53,890 nt of DNA. Origin: an uncultured virus (IMG/VR IMGVR_UViG_3300032321_001739). Its lineage: Duplodnaviria > Heunggongvirae > Uroviricota > Caudoviricetes. Shown in pieces: positions 10,324-18,978 of this stretch. The notes beneath the pieces were generated by a model. That model made no database searches. It saw only the letters and a program-made list of their open reading frames with translations, and was not told the origin of the DNA. The position numbers were made by a program, and so were the translations under genes. How positions within the stretch are numbered: position 1 is the stretch's first letter; each line of letters opens with the position of its first letter. The stretch is from the IMG/VR virus record IMGVR_UViG_3300032321_001739. One strand, written 5' to 3'.

Positions 10324-10992
10324 TTAAAGATGGCAAAACCAAGCTTGAATATTAAACCTTCTCGCTTCCCAAGGTAAATTCTCATCTGCTTTGATTTCAC
10401 ATAAACTATGATAGATATTAGATGGAAAAATAATTAATTGATTATTCTTTGATGGAACTTCGACTATTTTACCGTCTTTCATAAATAACTGATTTCCACC
10501 ACTTAAAAGACTTTCATCTTTAATTAAAGTTAGGGCAAATGTAAAAGTCGTTTTCTTTGATACCTCATATCCAGACCAAGACATACCCTCGACTTTAGAA
10601 TCTAAATGCCAATTATAATAACCACCATTCTTATAGTTAATGATATGATAAAGAAAATTGTATTGATGTTTACCCCAACAACTTAAATCAGGATCTTTAC
10701 AATTACTAAGAAAATCTGTTAGACCTTCGTGTAAAAAGTATTTAAATATTCCAGCTAAAGGAGTTCCTATTTTAGCATTTTTTTCATCCTCTTCTTCTGA
10801 AAAAGGAAGCCACAAATCTTCACCAGTGCAATTTGGGTTTATATTTTCTTGAACACCTGATGTCCAATGTGATTTTGAAAAAAAGTCTTTTAAATCAATT
10901 ATATTTGAAAAAACTTCATTTAAATAACTTTCAGGTAAAAAATTATCAATTACTACAATTGGAATATCTTTGTTTTCAATAGGAATAAACAT
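10324..10992 (-). CDS. 2OG-Fe(II) oxygenase (prolyl-hydroxylase-like)
   Basis: YNWHLD (HxD), GG, IFPSNIYH, R-x-N motifs. Confidence 0.85.
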   Translation of the reverse strand: MFIPIENKDIPIVVIDNFLPESYLNEVFSNIIDLKDFFSKSHWTSGVQENINPNCTGEDLWLPFSEEEDEKNAKIGTPLAGIFKYFLHEGLTDFLSNCKDPDLSCWGKHQYNFLYHIINYKNGGYYNWHLDSKVEGMSWSGYEVSKKTTFTFALTLIKDESLLSGGNQLFMKDGKIVEVPSKNNQLIIFPSNIYHSLCEIKADENLPWEARRFNIQAWFCHL

Positions 10993-11048
10993 AAATATTA
11001 TATTTTATTTTATTATAATGTTTAATATGCATTTATAAGAATTATCCT

Positions 11049-11056
11049 TATATTTG
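11049..11056 (+). promoter_or_regulatory. Bacteroidota housekeeping-sigma -7 element TATATTTG
   Basis: Matches TAnnTTTG; context nearly identical to 32794-32821. Confidence 0.6.
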
Positions 11057-11075
11057 TATTATAAATCACTACACT

Positions 11076-11363
11076 ATGAACTTCGTAAAAATCAATAAAG
11101 GAAAAGTAGAACTCCGTAACTCTTGGGGAATTCTTGTTAGATATATCACTGATAAGGCTAAAAGCTGTAACATTAGTAAAGACCTTATCTTAGTTACTAA
11201 ACTAAACGGTCAAGTTGAACTTAGAAAAGATAATGGCATGTTAATCAGAACTATTGCTACTGGTGCCGAAGATGCTAAATTCCAAGGTGATAGTATCTTA
11301 GTTATCAAAGATAGAGTGTGTGAATTAAGAAATCAATGGGGTGTTTTAATTAGAAAGGTGTAA
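11076..11363 (+). CDS. Small internal-repeat protein (3x VELR..G.L.R.I)
   Basis: Three visible copies of a beta-hairpin repeat. Confidence 0.75.
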   Translation: MNFVKINKGKVELRNSWGILVRYITDKAKSCNISKDLILVTKLNGQVELRKDNGMLIRTIATGAEDAKFQGDSILVIKDRVCELRNQWGVLIRKV

Positions 11364-11443
11364 ATGCTAAATTAAAAATAGTGTATGCTCAAAAACTCCT
11401 TATTTCGTTAATAACTTTAAAGAATTTAAATTATATATAATAT

Positions 11444-11527
11444 ATGAATAAAGATGTTATTTACCCAATGTTAATCATTATTGGATGGTTTATTTTAGTA
11501 GGGGTTTTTGCTTTTTATATGGGATAA
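11444..11527 (+). CDS. Putative 27-aa single-TM micropeptide (MNKDVIYPMLIIIGWFILVGVFAFYMG)
   Basis: Translated by hand; TATATA-type motif just upstream; hydrophobic. Confidence 0.45.
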   Translation: MNKDVIYPMLIIIGWFILVGVFAFYMG

Positions 11528-11529
11528 TA

Positions 11530-12231
11530 CTATCTCAGATATTCCTGAGTAGTTACTATTCTATTTACATAAATTGTTTTACCAGTTCCTATTATAAACT
11601 CACTTAATCCAACGTGCGACTTATTTTTAGGATTCCAATCATATGTATATCCTAATTGACCCCACGGATATTGATTATATAAATCACACTGATAGTATCT
11701 TGAAATGCGATTCTCGTTTATCCAATTAATATGTTCCTGTGAAGTTCCTTCTGGAAAACATAAATCACAACTTCCATCTGTAATCTCACTATCTGGACAC
11801 GGTCTAAAAAGGTCTTGAGGTCTTACCCAAAACTCTACAAAGTAACTGTATTTAGATGTTGGTGGAAGTCCTAACAATTGTAACAATCTTAAATTAGTAT
11901 CTTTAGGTGACTCTAATTTAAATCTTTCCTTTAACTCAGGAGCTGTTGTTACCCAAAGTGGCCAGTTACCTGTATTGAATACGGTATCTTTTTGATAAAA
12001 ACTAACATTTTGTTTCCAGGTGCATACTAAGATATACTCTTCTGAATTAATAGTTTTTCTAATAAGATTTTGATTAGAGTCATTAATTTCAACTAAGTCG
12101 TAATAGATTTTAGAACTATCAGGTCTGATAGAATTAATCATAGATAGTTCATATAACCTTCTATTTGTTTGACTTGAAACTTTACAACTAATTAAAAGTA
12201 AAGTAACTAATAAGAATAAGATATTTTTCAT
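11530..12231 (-). CDS. Putative lipoprotein
   Basis: Lipobox-like LLISC; YPW..LGYTYDW...GLSEF block. Confidence 0.7.
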   Translation of the reverse strand: MKNILFLLVTLLLISCKVSSQTNRRLYELSMINSIRPDSSKIYYDLVEINDSNQNLIRKTINSEEYILVCTWKQNVSFYQKDTVFNTGNWPLWVTTAPELKERFKLESPKDTNLRLLQLLGLPPTSKYSYFVEFWVRPQDLFRPCPDSEITDGSCDLCFPEGTSQEHINWINENRISRYYQCDLYNQYPWGQLGYTYDWNPKNKSHVGLSEFIIGTGKTIYVNRIVTTQEYLR

Positions 12232-12254
12232 TTGTTATATATTATAACTAAAAA

Positions 12255-12719
12255 TTAATAATATCTAACCGCCCTTACTTTAAGAGTTCCATTTTTTGAT
12301 CTAGAACCTTCTTGTCCACTACTCACCACTCTTACATAGTTCCAGCCAGCTTCAAACTCAGTAGAACTCCAATATGTTCCAGTTAAACCTCTAGCCGAAT
12401 ATAATATCTTTAATTCTTCAATAGATGGTAGTTGCCAATCACTGTATCCATTTAAAACCAAATCTTGACAAACTTGTGCCGCATAAGATCCAGCACCTTG
12501 TGTAGTAACTATCTTTGTGGTGTTACTACTTCCTGTTCTAACTAGTTTATCGTTAGCGGATGTTTTAACTCCATATGAACCGTTATACCATTTAACGCCA
12601 CTGGAAACATCAGCAGATGAAACTATGATACCCTTTTCTGTTGAGGCACTATAATCTAAGTCACCTGGTTGTAGAATGTAAACAATTATTCCACCTTGAT
12701 ATGTATCTCCTATTGGCAT
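12255..12719 (-). CDS. DUF1566-like (Lcl C-terminal) domain protein
   Basis: GYSDWQLPSIEEL, YWSSTE, VRAVR motifs. Confidence 0.8.
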   Translation of the reverse strand: MPIGDTYQGGIIVYILQPGDLDYSASTEKGIIVSSADVSSGVKWYNGSYGVKTSANDKLVRTGSSNTTKIVTTQGAGSYAAQVCQDLVLNGYSDWQLPSIEELKILYSARGLTGTYWSSTEFEAGWNYVRVVSSGQEGSRSKNGTLKVRAVRYY

Positions 12720-12764
12720 ATATTATAATTTATTTTAATATTCTATATATTAATATATAACTAT

Positions 12765-13211
12765 ATGAAAAGGTTAACTACATACTCCAAGTTTACTAAT
12801 AGTGACAATAAACAATTATTTGAGTCCAATGATGATGTTAAAGATATTGTATCTATTGTAAAGGATATGTTATTAGAGTTAAACTTCTTGGATATTGAAA
12901 CCAGATGTGATTTGGTTCCTTATCTTAAGAACGATAGTATTGGTGAAAATCCTGAAATTATTGTTATTAATTTATCAAAAAGGGCAATTAAACTTGGTGA
13001 TGGGATTGGTGATGGTTATAAGGCTTCTTATAATTGGGATGATATTAAAGAAGTCATTGAACCTATTATAGATTTTTTAAAAAGAGAGGGTTTTTTATAT
13101 CGTAAAGACAAGGGTACTTTATCATATGAAGGGATTCCTATTATCTCTACATCTGGAAGTTCTCGATTAGATAATATTAAATCTAAAGTAGAAATGTGGT
13201 TTGTAAGATGA
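12765..13211 (+). CDS. Hypothetical protein with leader MKRLTTYSKF...LFES; first of three related genes
   Basis: TAATATATA at 12751-12759. Confidence 0.75.
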   Translation: MKRLTTYSKFTNSDNKQLFESNDDVKDIVSIVKDMLLELNFLDIETRCDLVPYLKNDSIGENPEIIVINLSKRAIKLGDGIGDGYKASYNWDDIKEVIEPIIDFLKREGFLYRKDKGTLSYEGIPIISTSGSSRLDNIKSKVEMWFVR

Positions 13212-13589
13212 AAAGGTTAAAGACATATCGTTTATTTGAGAGTGTTGATACTGATGAGTTATTATCTATTGTAAAGGATATGTTAAAAGAGTTAGACTTC
13301 AATGATTTTTCACATAATGCTGTTATTAGACGTCAGGATGGTAGGGAGTTCATAAGGGTTGCTGTTTATAAGCCAGCAATTGTAGATAGGCATACTATAG
13401 GAAATTCTTTTACATGGAGTCAAAGGTGTAATGAATCCTATTATTGATTTCTTATCTGAAGAAGGTTTTGAGTGGTTTAGGGATAAAGGAACTTCAAGTT
13501 CTCGCACTGATAATAATCCTAATGTTGTTTCTAGTGGAAGTTCTGACCGATATAATACTAGAATAGAAATGTGGTTTTTAAGGATATGA
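13208..13589 (+). pseudogene. Frameshifted paralogue of 12765..13211
   Basis: MKRLKTYRLFES...NSFTWS; homology continues in another frame from ~13419 (VKGVMNPIIDFLSEEGF...IEMWFLRI*, TGA 13587-13589). Confidence 0.75.
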
Positions 13590-14086
13590 AAAGGTCAAAG
13601 ACATATAAATTATTTGAGAGTAAGAACTATGATATTAGTATTGTAGAGAATATGTTATTTGATTACTCTGATAAAGATATTAATGTTAATACTAATGAAG
13701 GTAGTTGGGTCTTTCCCAATAGTAATGTTGGATATATTAAGATAGATATTAGAAATAATGTTAGATTTAAAATAGAAGAGTGTTTATTTGATGTGATAGA
13801 TTATTTAGAAGGATGTGGATTAATCCTAATGGATGATTCCTGGATGTGGAATGATATGTGGCAGTATTATGTAGGGTGTCCAAATTGTTTATCAGATGAT
13901 ATAGAGGATAATTATAATCTAACAATGAAGACCGTATGTCATCGTTGTGAGTATATGGGACCTGCTGATAGGTTCTTAGTTGATAGATGGCCAGTTGATA
14001 GAAAGGTTTTATTAGAGTCTATAGAAGACGGTAGATTAATAAATCAAATACAATTAACTTTTAGTGACAGAAGGAGCCTTTATTGA
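13586..14086 (+). CDS. Hypothetical protein with leader MKRSKTYKLFES and a CxxC...CxxC zinc ribbon
   Basis: ATG 13586 overlaps the upstream TGA; CPNC/CHRC. Confidence 0.7.
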   Translation: MKRSKTYKLFESKNYDISIVENMLFDYSDKDINVNTNEGSWVFPNSNVGYIKIDIRNNVRFKIEECLFDVIDYLEGCGLILMDDSWMWNDMWQYYVGCPNCLSDDIEDNYNLTMKTVCHRCEYMGPADRFLVDRWPVDRKVLLESIEDGRLINQIQLTFSDRRSLY

Positions 14087-14131
14087 AAAACTCTTTAATC
14101 TTTTTAGTTTCATTAAAATAATATATAAGAT

Positions 14132-15490
14132 ATGAAACATGTAAGAGATTACAAATCTTTTGTTAAAGATATACACAAACAAGTTCCAATTATAGAAAAA
14201 CAAATATTCTCAGATTTTTCTAATTCAATATGGGATATGAGTCTTAGGTCATCAATCTTTACAAATAGTGAAAAAGAATTCATTAAAGAAAATTTAATAA
14301 GTTATAAAATCGATTTATTAAAAGAAGAATTTGGAATTAAAGATTTCTTTCAAACGGTATATGATAATGGTAAGAAAGCTGGTGGGAAATTATTCTCTGC
14401 TATAAAAGAAAAACTTCTTAAAATAAAAGAAGGAATGAAATCTTTGATTTCCGGTGTTGTTAAATTCTTTGAGGCTATTATCAAAAACCTTTTTAATATA
14501 AGCCAAAAAAATGTTAAAAATTTAACTACTCAATTTAAATCACCAATTGATAAAAAACTAGTTGAATTAATAACTCAAAAGAAAATTGATAAAGAAGATT
14601 TGAAATCTGATTTAGGTGATGTAAAACAAACTACAGAATTCTTAAAAGGAAAATTTGTATCTTCTTTCAATAAACAGGTTGAAACAATTGATGATAAAGT
14701 TATTTCGGATGCAGAAAAAGAAGTTGCTAATATAGAAGATGAATTAAAGTTAGAATCATTTGATATACTTAAAACTTTCTATTCAGTTAATGAAGATTTT
14801 AAAGTTGGTGATATGGTTTCTTACACAAGAGATAATGGTGAGAAAGCTCAAAAAGAGATTGTTAAAATTGATGGTGAAACAATAACTTTCAAAGATAAAG
14901 AAGGTAATGAGTTTACTAAAAAATCTGATGAGGTTAAAGCTGTTAATAAAGTATCAAGTAAGATTGTAGATGCTAAAGATTGGTTTATGAAATGGTTTTT
15001 AGATATGAAACAAACTTCACCACCAGAAGAAGGTAAAACTAAATGGTGGATTAAACTAATTTTAAAAGTAATTATGTTATTAATTTCTCCTATGAAAATG
15101 TTGTTAAAAGCTACAATTAATCTTATTTCCAAAAATGCGTTAAAAGGATTATCCAACTTTGTTAAATACCTAAATGGCCCTGGGTTATTTGAGTTTACTG
15201 CTTTAGGTGCGATTTTAGTAGGAATTCCTAATTTGATATCTGCTCCTGAAAAAATTATATTTACTCAATTTGGAGCATCTCAATTAGAAGAACCTTGGGA
15301 CTTAGTATTCAAATTATTATCTGGGTTAATTTTAGGTCTATCTGGAATGGATATGGTTGTTAAAGTATTTGGTGTAATATGTTTAATACTTGCGGTAGAA
15401 GGAATTATTAGTTCTTACTTATCAAAGTCTGGTGAAAAGGTAGAAGATCCTAAACAAAATGTAGTGCAACCAAGTCCAGTTATAACTTAG
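14132..15490 (+). CDS. Hypothetical protein: leader, helical region, KOW/SH3-like insert, C-terminal TM segments
   Basis: MKHVRDYKSF; FKVGDMVSY; hydrophobic C-terminus; TAATATATA 14119-14127. Confidence 0.7.
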   Translation: MKHVRDYKSFVKDIHKQVPIIEKQIFSDFSNSIWDMSLRSSIFTNSEKEFIKENLISYKIDLLKEEFGIKDFFQTVYDNGKKAGGKLFSAIKEKLLKIKEGMKSLISGVVKFFEAIIKNLFNISQKNVKNLTTQFKSPIDKKLVELITQKKIDKEDLKSDLGDVKQTTEFLKGKFVSSFNKQVETIDDKVISDAEKEVANIEDELKLESFDILKTFYSVNEDFKVGDMVSYTRDNGEKAQKEIVKIDGETITFKDKEGNEFTKKSDEVKAVNKVSSKIVDAKDWFMKWFLDMKQTSPPEEGKTKWWIKLILKVIMLLISPMKMLLKATINLISKNALKGLSNFVKYLNGPGLFEFTALGAILVGIPNLISAPEKIIFTQFGASQLEEPWDLVFKLLSGLILGLSGMDMVVKVFGVICLILAVEGIISSYLSKSGEKVEDPKQNVVQPSPVIT

Positions 15491-15557
15491 TCTTTAGTTA
15501 AATAAAGAAAATTTATTAAAAAAATATTAATATATACATAAAGAAAATTAACATACT

Positions 15558-15815
15558 ATGAAAAACTTAAAAACATTTCAATCATTCTCAAAATTAAATG
15601 AGAATAACGGTCAGAAAACAACTGAAGAAGTTATTGCTAGATACAAACAAACACCTGCTATGTGGGATATGGCAAAAAACCAATATTACTACCTAATCAC
15701 AGGTGATGAATACACAATGGAAGAATTAAAAGAATATTATCCAAATTGGACAGTTGAAGATTTTAAAGAAGTTTATCTTGCAATGGAAGGTGAATTACCT
15801 GAAGACGCTATCTAA
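15558..15815 (+). CDS. Hypothetical protein with leader MKNLKTFQSFSKLNEN
   Basis: TAATATATA 15528-15536. Confidence 0.75.
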   Translation: MKNLKTFQSFSKLNENNGQKTTEEVIARYKQTPAMWDMAKNQYYYLITGDEYTMEELKEYYPNWTVEDFKEVYLAMEGELPEDAI

Positions 15816-15850
15816 GTCTTAGGTTAATAGTAAAAGTATTTAAGGGGGCA

Positions 15851-16960
15851 ATGAAGAATCTACCAAAGGAAGAGTTGTTAAGTAGACTTGAAGCAATTAA
15901 TAGAAGTAATGCTATTATTTATTTTGACCTTAATGGAATCATATTAGGAGTTAATGATATTTTTTTGGAAGCAATGGGTTATGGTAAAGGAAATCATGAT
16001 GATATCATTGGTAAACACCATAGCATCTTTGTATGTGAAGATTACGCAAGATCAATTGAATATGAAAAGTTTTGGGATATCCTAAGAAGTGGTAAGTATT
16101 ACACTGGAGAATTTGAAAGAAGAAAAAAAGATGGAACTCTTATTAACCTTCAAGCAACTTATAATCCTATTCTAAATGAGGATGGTAAGATTACCAAGAT
16201 AATGAAGATTGCTACTGATATTAGTTTAATTGTCAATAGCAAGAAACAAATTGAAGCAATCAATAGAAGCACAGCTCTTATTAATTTTAACATCGATGGA
16301 TTTATAACAGATGTTAATTCTATATTTTTAGAAACTATGGGTTATAAAGCTAATGAAAAGAGTAAAGTCATTGGTAAACATCATAGTGTTTTTGTTAGTT
16401 ATGAGTATTCTAAATCTGATGAGTATATTAAGTTTTGGGATAGTTTAAGAAAGGGTAAATTCTTTGATGGAATATTTGAAAGAAGACGTGTAGATGGATC
16501 TACTGTTTACTTACAAGCATCTTACAATCCTGTAATGGATAGTAAAGGAAATATCACTGACGTAGTTAAAATTGCAACTGATGTTACTGAGTCTGTAAAC
16601 AATAAGAAAAAAATAGATGACTTAACAAAGAATTTAACAATTGAATTAGAAAACTCTGAAAAACTTAAGAACTCAATAGAGATAGAAAAGAACGCAGCCT
16701 TAAATGACTTAGATATAGTGATGAAAAAAAGTCAGTCTGAGTTAATAAAAATCATTGTTAAGGTTGCCTTAGCTGTTATAGTTGGAGTTGGACTTGTAAC
16801 AACAATATTATACTGGGCTGCTATTATAACAGGACAAGACACACAAATAATCGGATCAACATGGAGTAATATGTTTAGTGTATTACTAACAAATGCTTTT
16901 TCAATAGTTGGAACTATTATGGGTATCAAATATGCTACTCAAGAAAGCGGTAAAAAATAA
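15851..16960 (+). CDS. Tandem PAS-PAC sensor with coiled coil and two C-terminal TM helices
   Basis: Two repeats AINRS.A.I.F..DG...FLE.MGY...IGKHHS.FV...FW..LR.G...G.FERR..DG....LQA.YNP...KIATD, as in BdlA/MCP-type PAS domains; no MCP or kinase domain. Confidence 0.85.
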   Translation: MKNLPKEELLSRLEAINRSNAIIYFDLNGIILGVNDIFLEAMGYGKGNHDDIIGKHHSIFVCEDYARSIEYEKFWDILRSGKYYTGEFERRKKDGTLINLQATYNPILNEDGKITKIMKIATDISLIVNSKKQIEAINRSTALINFNIDGFITDVNSIFLETMGYKANEKSKVIGKHHSVFVSYEYSKSDEYIKFWDSLRKGKFFDGIFERRRVDGSTVYLQASYNPVMDSKGNITDVVKIATDVTESVNNKKKIDDLTKNLTIELENSEKLKNSIEIEKNAALNDLDIVMKKSQSELIKIIVKVALAVIVGVGLVTTILYWAAIITGQDTQIIGSTWSNMFSVLLTNAFSIVGTIMGIKYATQESGKK

Positions 16961-16975
16961 GATTGCTTAACAATC

Positions 16976-17800
16976 TTATTTTAATTTATCAATAGCTGAC
17001 TTCTTAATCTGACGGCATCTTTCTGGACCAACTCCTAATACTTCAGATATCTCAGATATACTCATTTCAGATTTACCACCTAATCCAAATGACATTTCAA
17101 TAACCATTCGTTCTTTAGTATTTAAACGAAGTAGTAAACTCATAATCTCTGATTTTAAAGAGTCTAACTGACACACCTCATCAGTTTGTGAATCTGAACT
17201 TATTGTATCTAATATAGTTATACTCTCCTCATCAAAAGAAACCGGAGTATCTAATGACCTAACATACTGAGAAGATTGTAAACTTAACTCTACTTTATCC
17301 AAATCTAATCCTAATTCGTTTGCCAATTCTAATGAAGTAGGAACTCGATTTAATGATTGCTCTAATTTAGATTGACATTCTCTTATCTTATTTAGGGAGT
17401 TTATTTGATTAAGTGGAAGTCTTATTGTTCTTGAGTTATCTGCCAATGATTGTAGTATTGATTGACGAATCCACCATACTGCATATGAAATAAATTTAAT
17501 ACCTTTAGTTGCGTCAAACTTCTCAGCGGCTTTGATAAGTCCGATGTTTCCTTCACTAACTAAGTCAGAGATATCTAAACCTCTACCTACATACTGCTTA
17601 GCAACTGAGACAACAAATCGTAGATTAGCTTCTACTAATTCGTTTTTAGCACGGAGACTTCCGTTTTTAATCTGATTAGCCAGTTCGACTTCTCTTTCGG
17701 GAGTAATCATTGATTTAGGGTTGATGTCTTTTAGATACTTATCAAAAGACTCGGAATCACGGTTAGTGATTGATTGGGTAATTTTCGTAGTGTTTCTCAT
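16976..17800 (-). CDS. rpoD: RNA polymerase sigma-70 factor, RpoD/SigA family, Bacteroidota type (no region 1.1)
   Basis: ANLRFVVSVAKQY, DLVSEGNIGLIKAAEKFD, KFISYAVWWIRQSILQ, RTIRLPLN, region 4 HTH ERCRQI; N-terminus KITQSITNR. Confidence 0.92.
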   Translation of the reverse strand: MRNTTKITQSITNRDSESFDKYLKDINPKSMITPEREVELANQIKNGSLRAKNELVEANLRFVVSVAKQYVGRGLDISDLVSEGNIGLIKAAEKFDATKGIKFISYAVWWIRQSILQSLADNSRTIRLPLNQINSLNKIRECQSKLEQSLNRVPTSLELANELGLDLDKVELSLQSSQYVRSLDTPVSFDEESITILDTISSDSQTDEVCQLDSLKSEIMSLLLRLNTKERMVIEMSFGLGGKSEMSISEISEVLGVGPERCRQIKKSAIDKLK

Positions 17801-17820
17801 ATAATATAAATATACTATAT

Positions 17821-17846
17821 AGACGTAAAAAGTGGAGAAAAGTTAC
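17821..17846 (-). promoter_or_regulatory. ECF-sigma-type promoter GTAAC-N16-CGTCT upstream of the sigma gene
   Basis: Minus strand reads gGTAAC ttttctccacttttta CGTCTa, 20 nt upstream of the ATG. Confidence 0.5.
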
Positions 17847-17879
17847 CTAAAAAAGTTGTTTATTTTGATTTTTTATTAC

Positions 17880-17887
17880 TATATTTG
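17880..17887 (+). promoter_or_regulatory. TAnnTTTG promoter element
   Basis: TATATTTG upstream of the small ORF at 17920. Confidence 0.5.
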
Positions 17888-17919
17888 TTTATTATTAACA
17901 ATCAAAATCTAAAAAGTAT

Positions 17920-18093
17920 ATGGAAAACGAAAAAATGACACCAGAAGTTGAACAAAAAGTAAAAGATTATGTTTACGCTAAGTATAAGAACTTAGAAAAG
18001 AAAACCCTAATTGTTAAAGACAAAGGAACTCATTATCAAATCCTTTCTCATAAAGATGGTTCTCCAATGATATTGGGTAAAGATATTTTGTAA
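17920..18093 (+). CDS. 57-aa hypothetical protein
   Basis: Hand-translated MENEKMTPEVEQKVKDYV...GKDIL*; below the ORF-track cutoff. Confidence 0.6.
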   Translation: MENEKMTPEVEQKVKDYVYAKYKNLEKKTLIVKDKGTHYQILSHKDGSPMILGKDIL

Positions 18094-18233
18094 TGAGTAA
18101 AGACCAAGCAAAAGACTTGTTAATCACAATCCTTTATAGTCAAATGGTGGACCTATCAATGATGTCCAAGATTGAGTTAAGTGATGATGTGATGCAAGAG
18201 ATTAAAAGACTTAAAGCGATAATAAACAAATAA
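18093..18233 (+). CDS. 46-aa hypothetical protein
   Basis: TAATG-coupled; MSKDQAKDLLITILYSQMVDLSMMSKIELSDDVMQEIKRLKAIINK*. Confidence 0.55.
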   Translation: MSKDQAKDLLITILYSQMVDLSMMSKIELSDDVMQEIKRLKAIINK

Positions 18234-18307
18234 ATTTGGTAGATACCCCGAAATTTATATATTAAAAGCATTGGAAAAATTTAATATATAAAGAAAATTA
18301 TTAAAGT

Positions 18308-18880
18308 ATGATTATAAATCATAAACATAAATTTATTTTTATACATATTCCTAAAACCGGAGGAACATCTATAAGTAATTATTGTATAGAAAAAATTGAA
18401 GGATCATTATATAATCGTATTAATGAAGATAGTGTTGATATCAATAAACATATATATGCTAAAGAATTAATTGATATTTTTGACTACTCAAATTATAATT
18501 CATTTGCTGTTGTTAGAAACCCTTTTGAAGTTACAGTATCTCATTATTTTTTTGGCCTGCGTGTTGAAAACTTATCAATGGATGAATATTCTTTTGAAGA
18601 TTTTTTAGAATTGATGGTTAAACCAAATGCGATTAGACAACCAATGGTTGAATATATCTCCGATGGTTCTGATATCTTAATAAAGGATATTATTAGATTT
18701 GAAAATTTAGAATCTGAGTTAAAAAGTTATTTTAACAAAATATCTTTGAATTTAGATTCTCTTGGTAGACATAACATTGGAAATCATCTACATTATAGTA
18801 AGTATTATAATGAGAAAACGTATAATATAGTTAATGATTATTTTTCAGAAGATATAAAAAAATTTAATTACAAATTTTAA
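18308..18880 (+). CDS. Sulfotransferase family 2 protein
   Basis: FIHIPKTGGTSI (PAPS 5'-PSB), VRNP, IRFENL. Confidence 0.85.
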   Translation: MIINHKHKFIFIHIPKTGGTSISNYCIEKIEGSLYNRINEDSVDINKHIYAKELIDIFDYSNYNSFAVVRNPFEVTVSHYFFGLRVENLSMDEYSFEDFLELMVKPNAIRQPMVEYISDGSDILIKDIIRFENLESELKSYFNKISLNLDSLGRHNIGNHLHYSKYYNEKTYNIVNDYFSEDIKKFNYKF

Positions 18881-18920
18881 TATAAATTCTTATCTTTGTA
18901 TATAAATTCTTATCTTTGTA
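18881..18920. repeat. Perfect 20-bp tandem duplication TATAAATTCTTATCTTTGTA x2, each copy containing TATCTTTG
   Basis: Read directly. Confidence 0.9.
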
Positions 18921-18978
18921 TTGAGTTTAGAGGTATCAAGTAGACTCCAACCTGCTTTTATAAATTAATATATAATCT

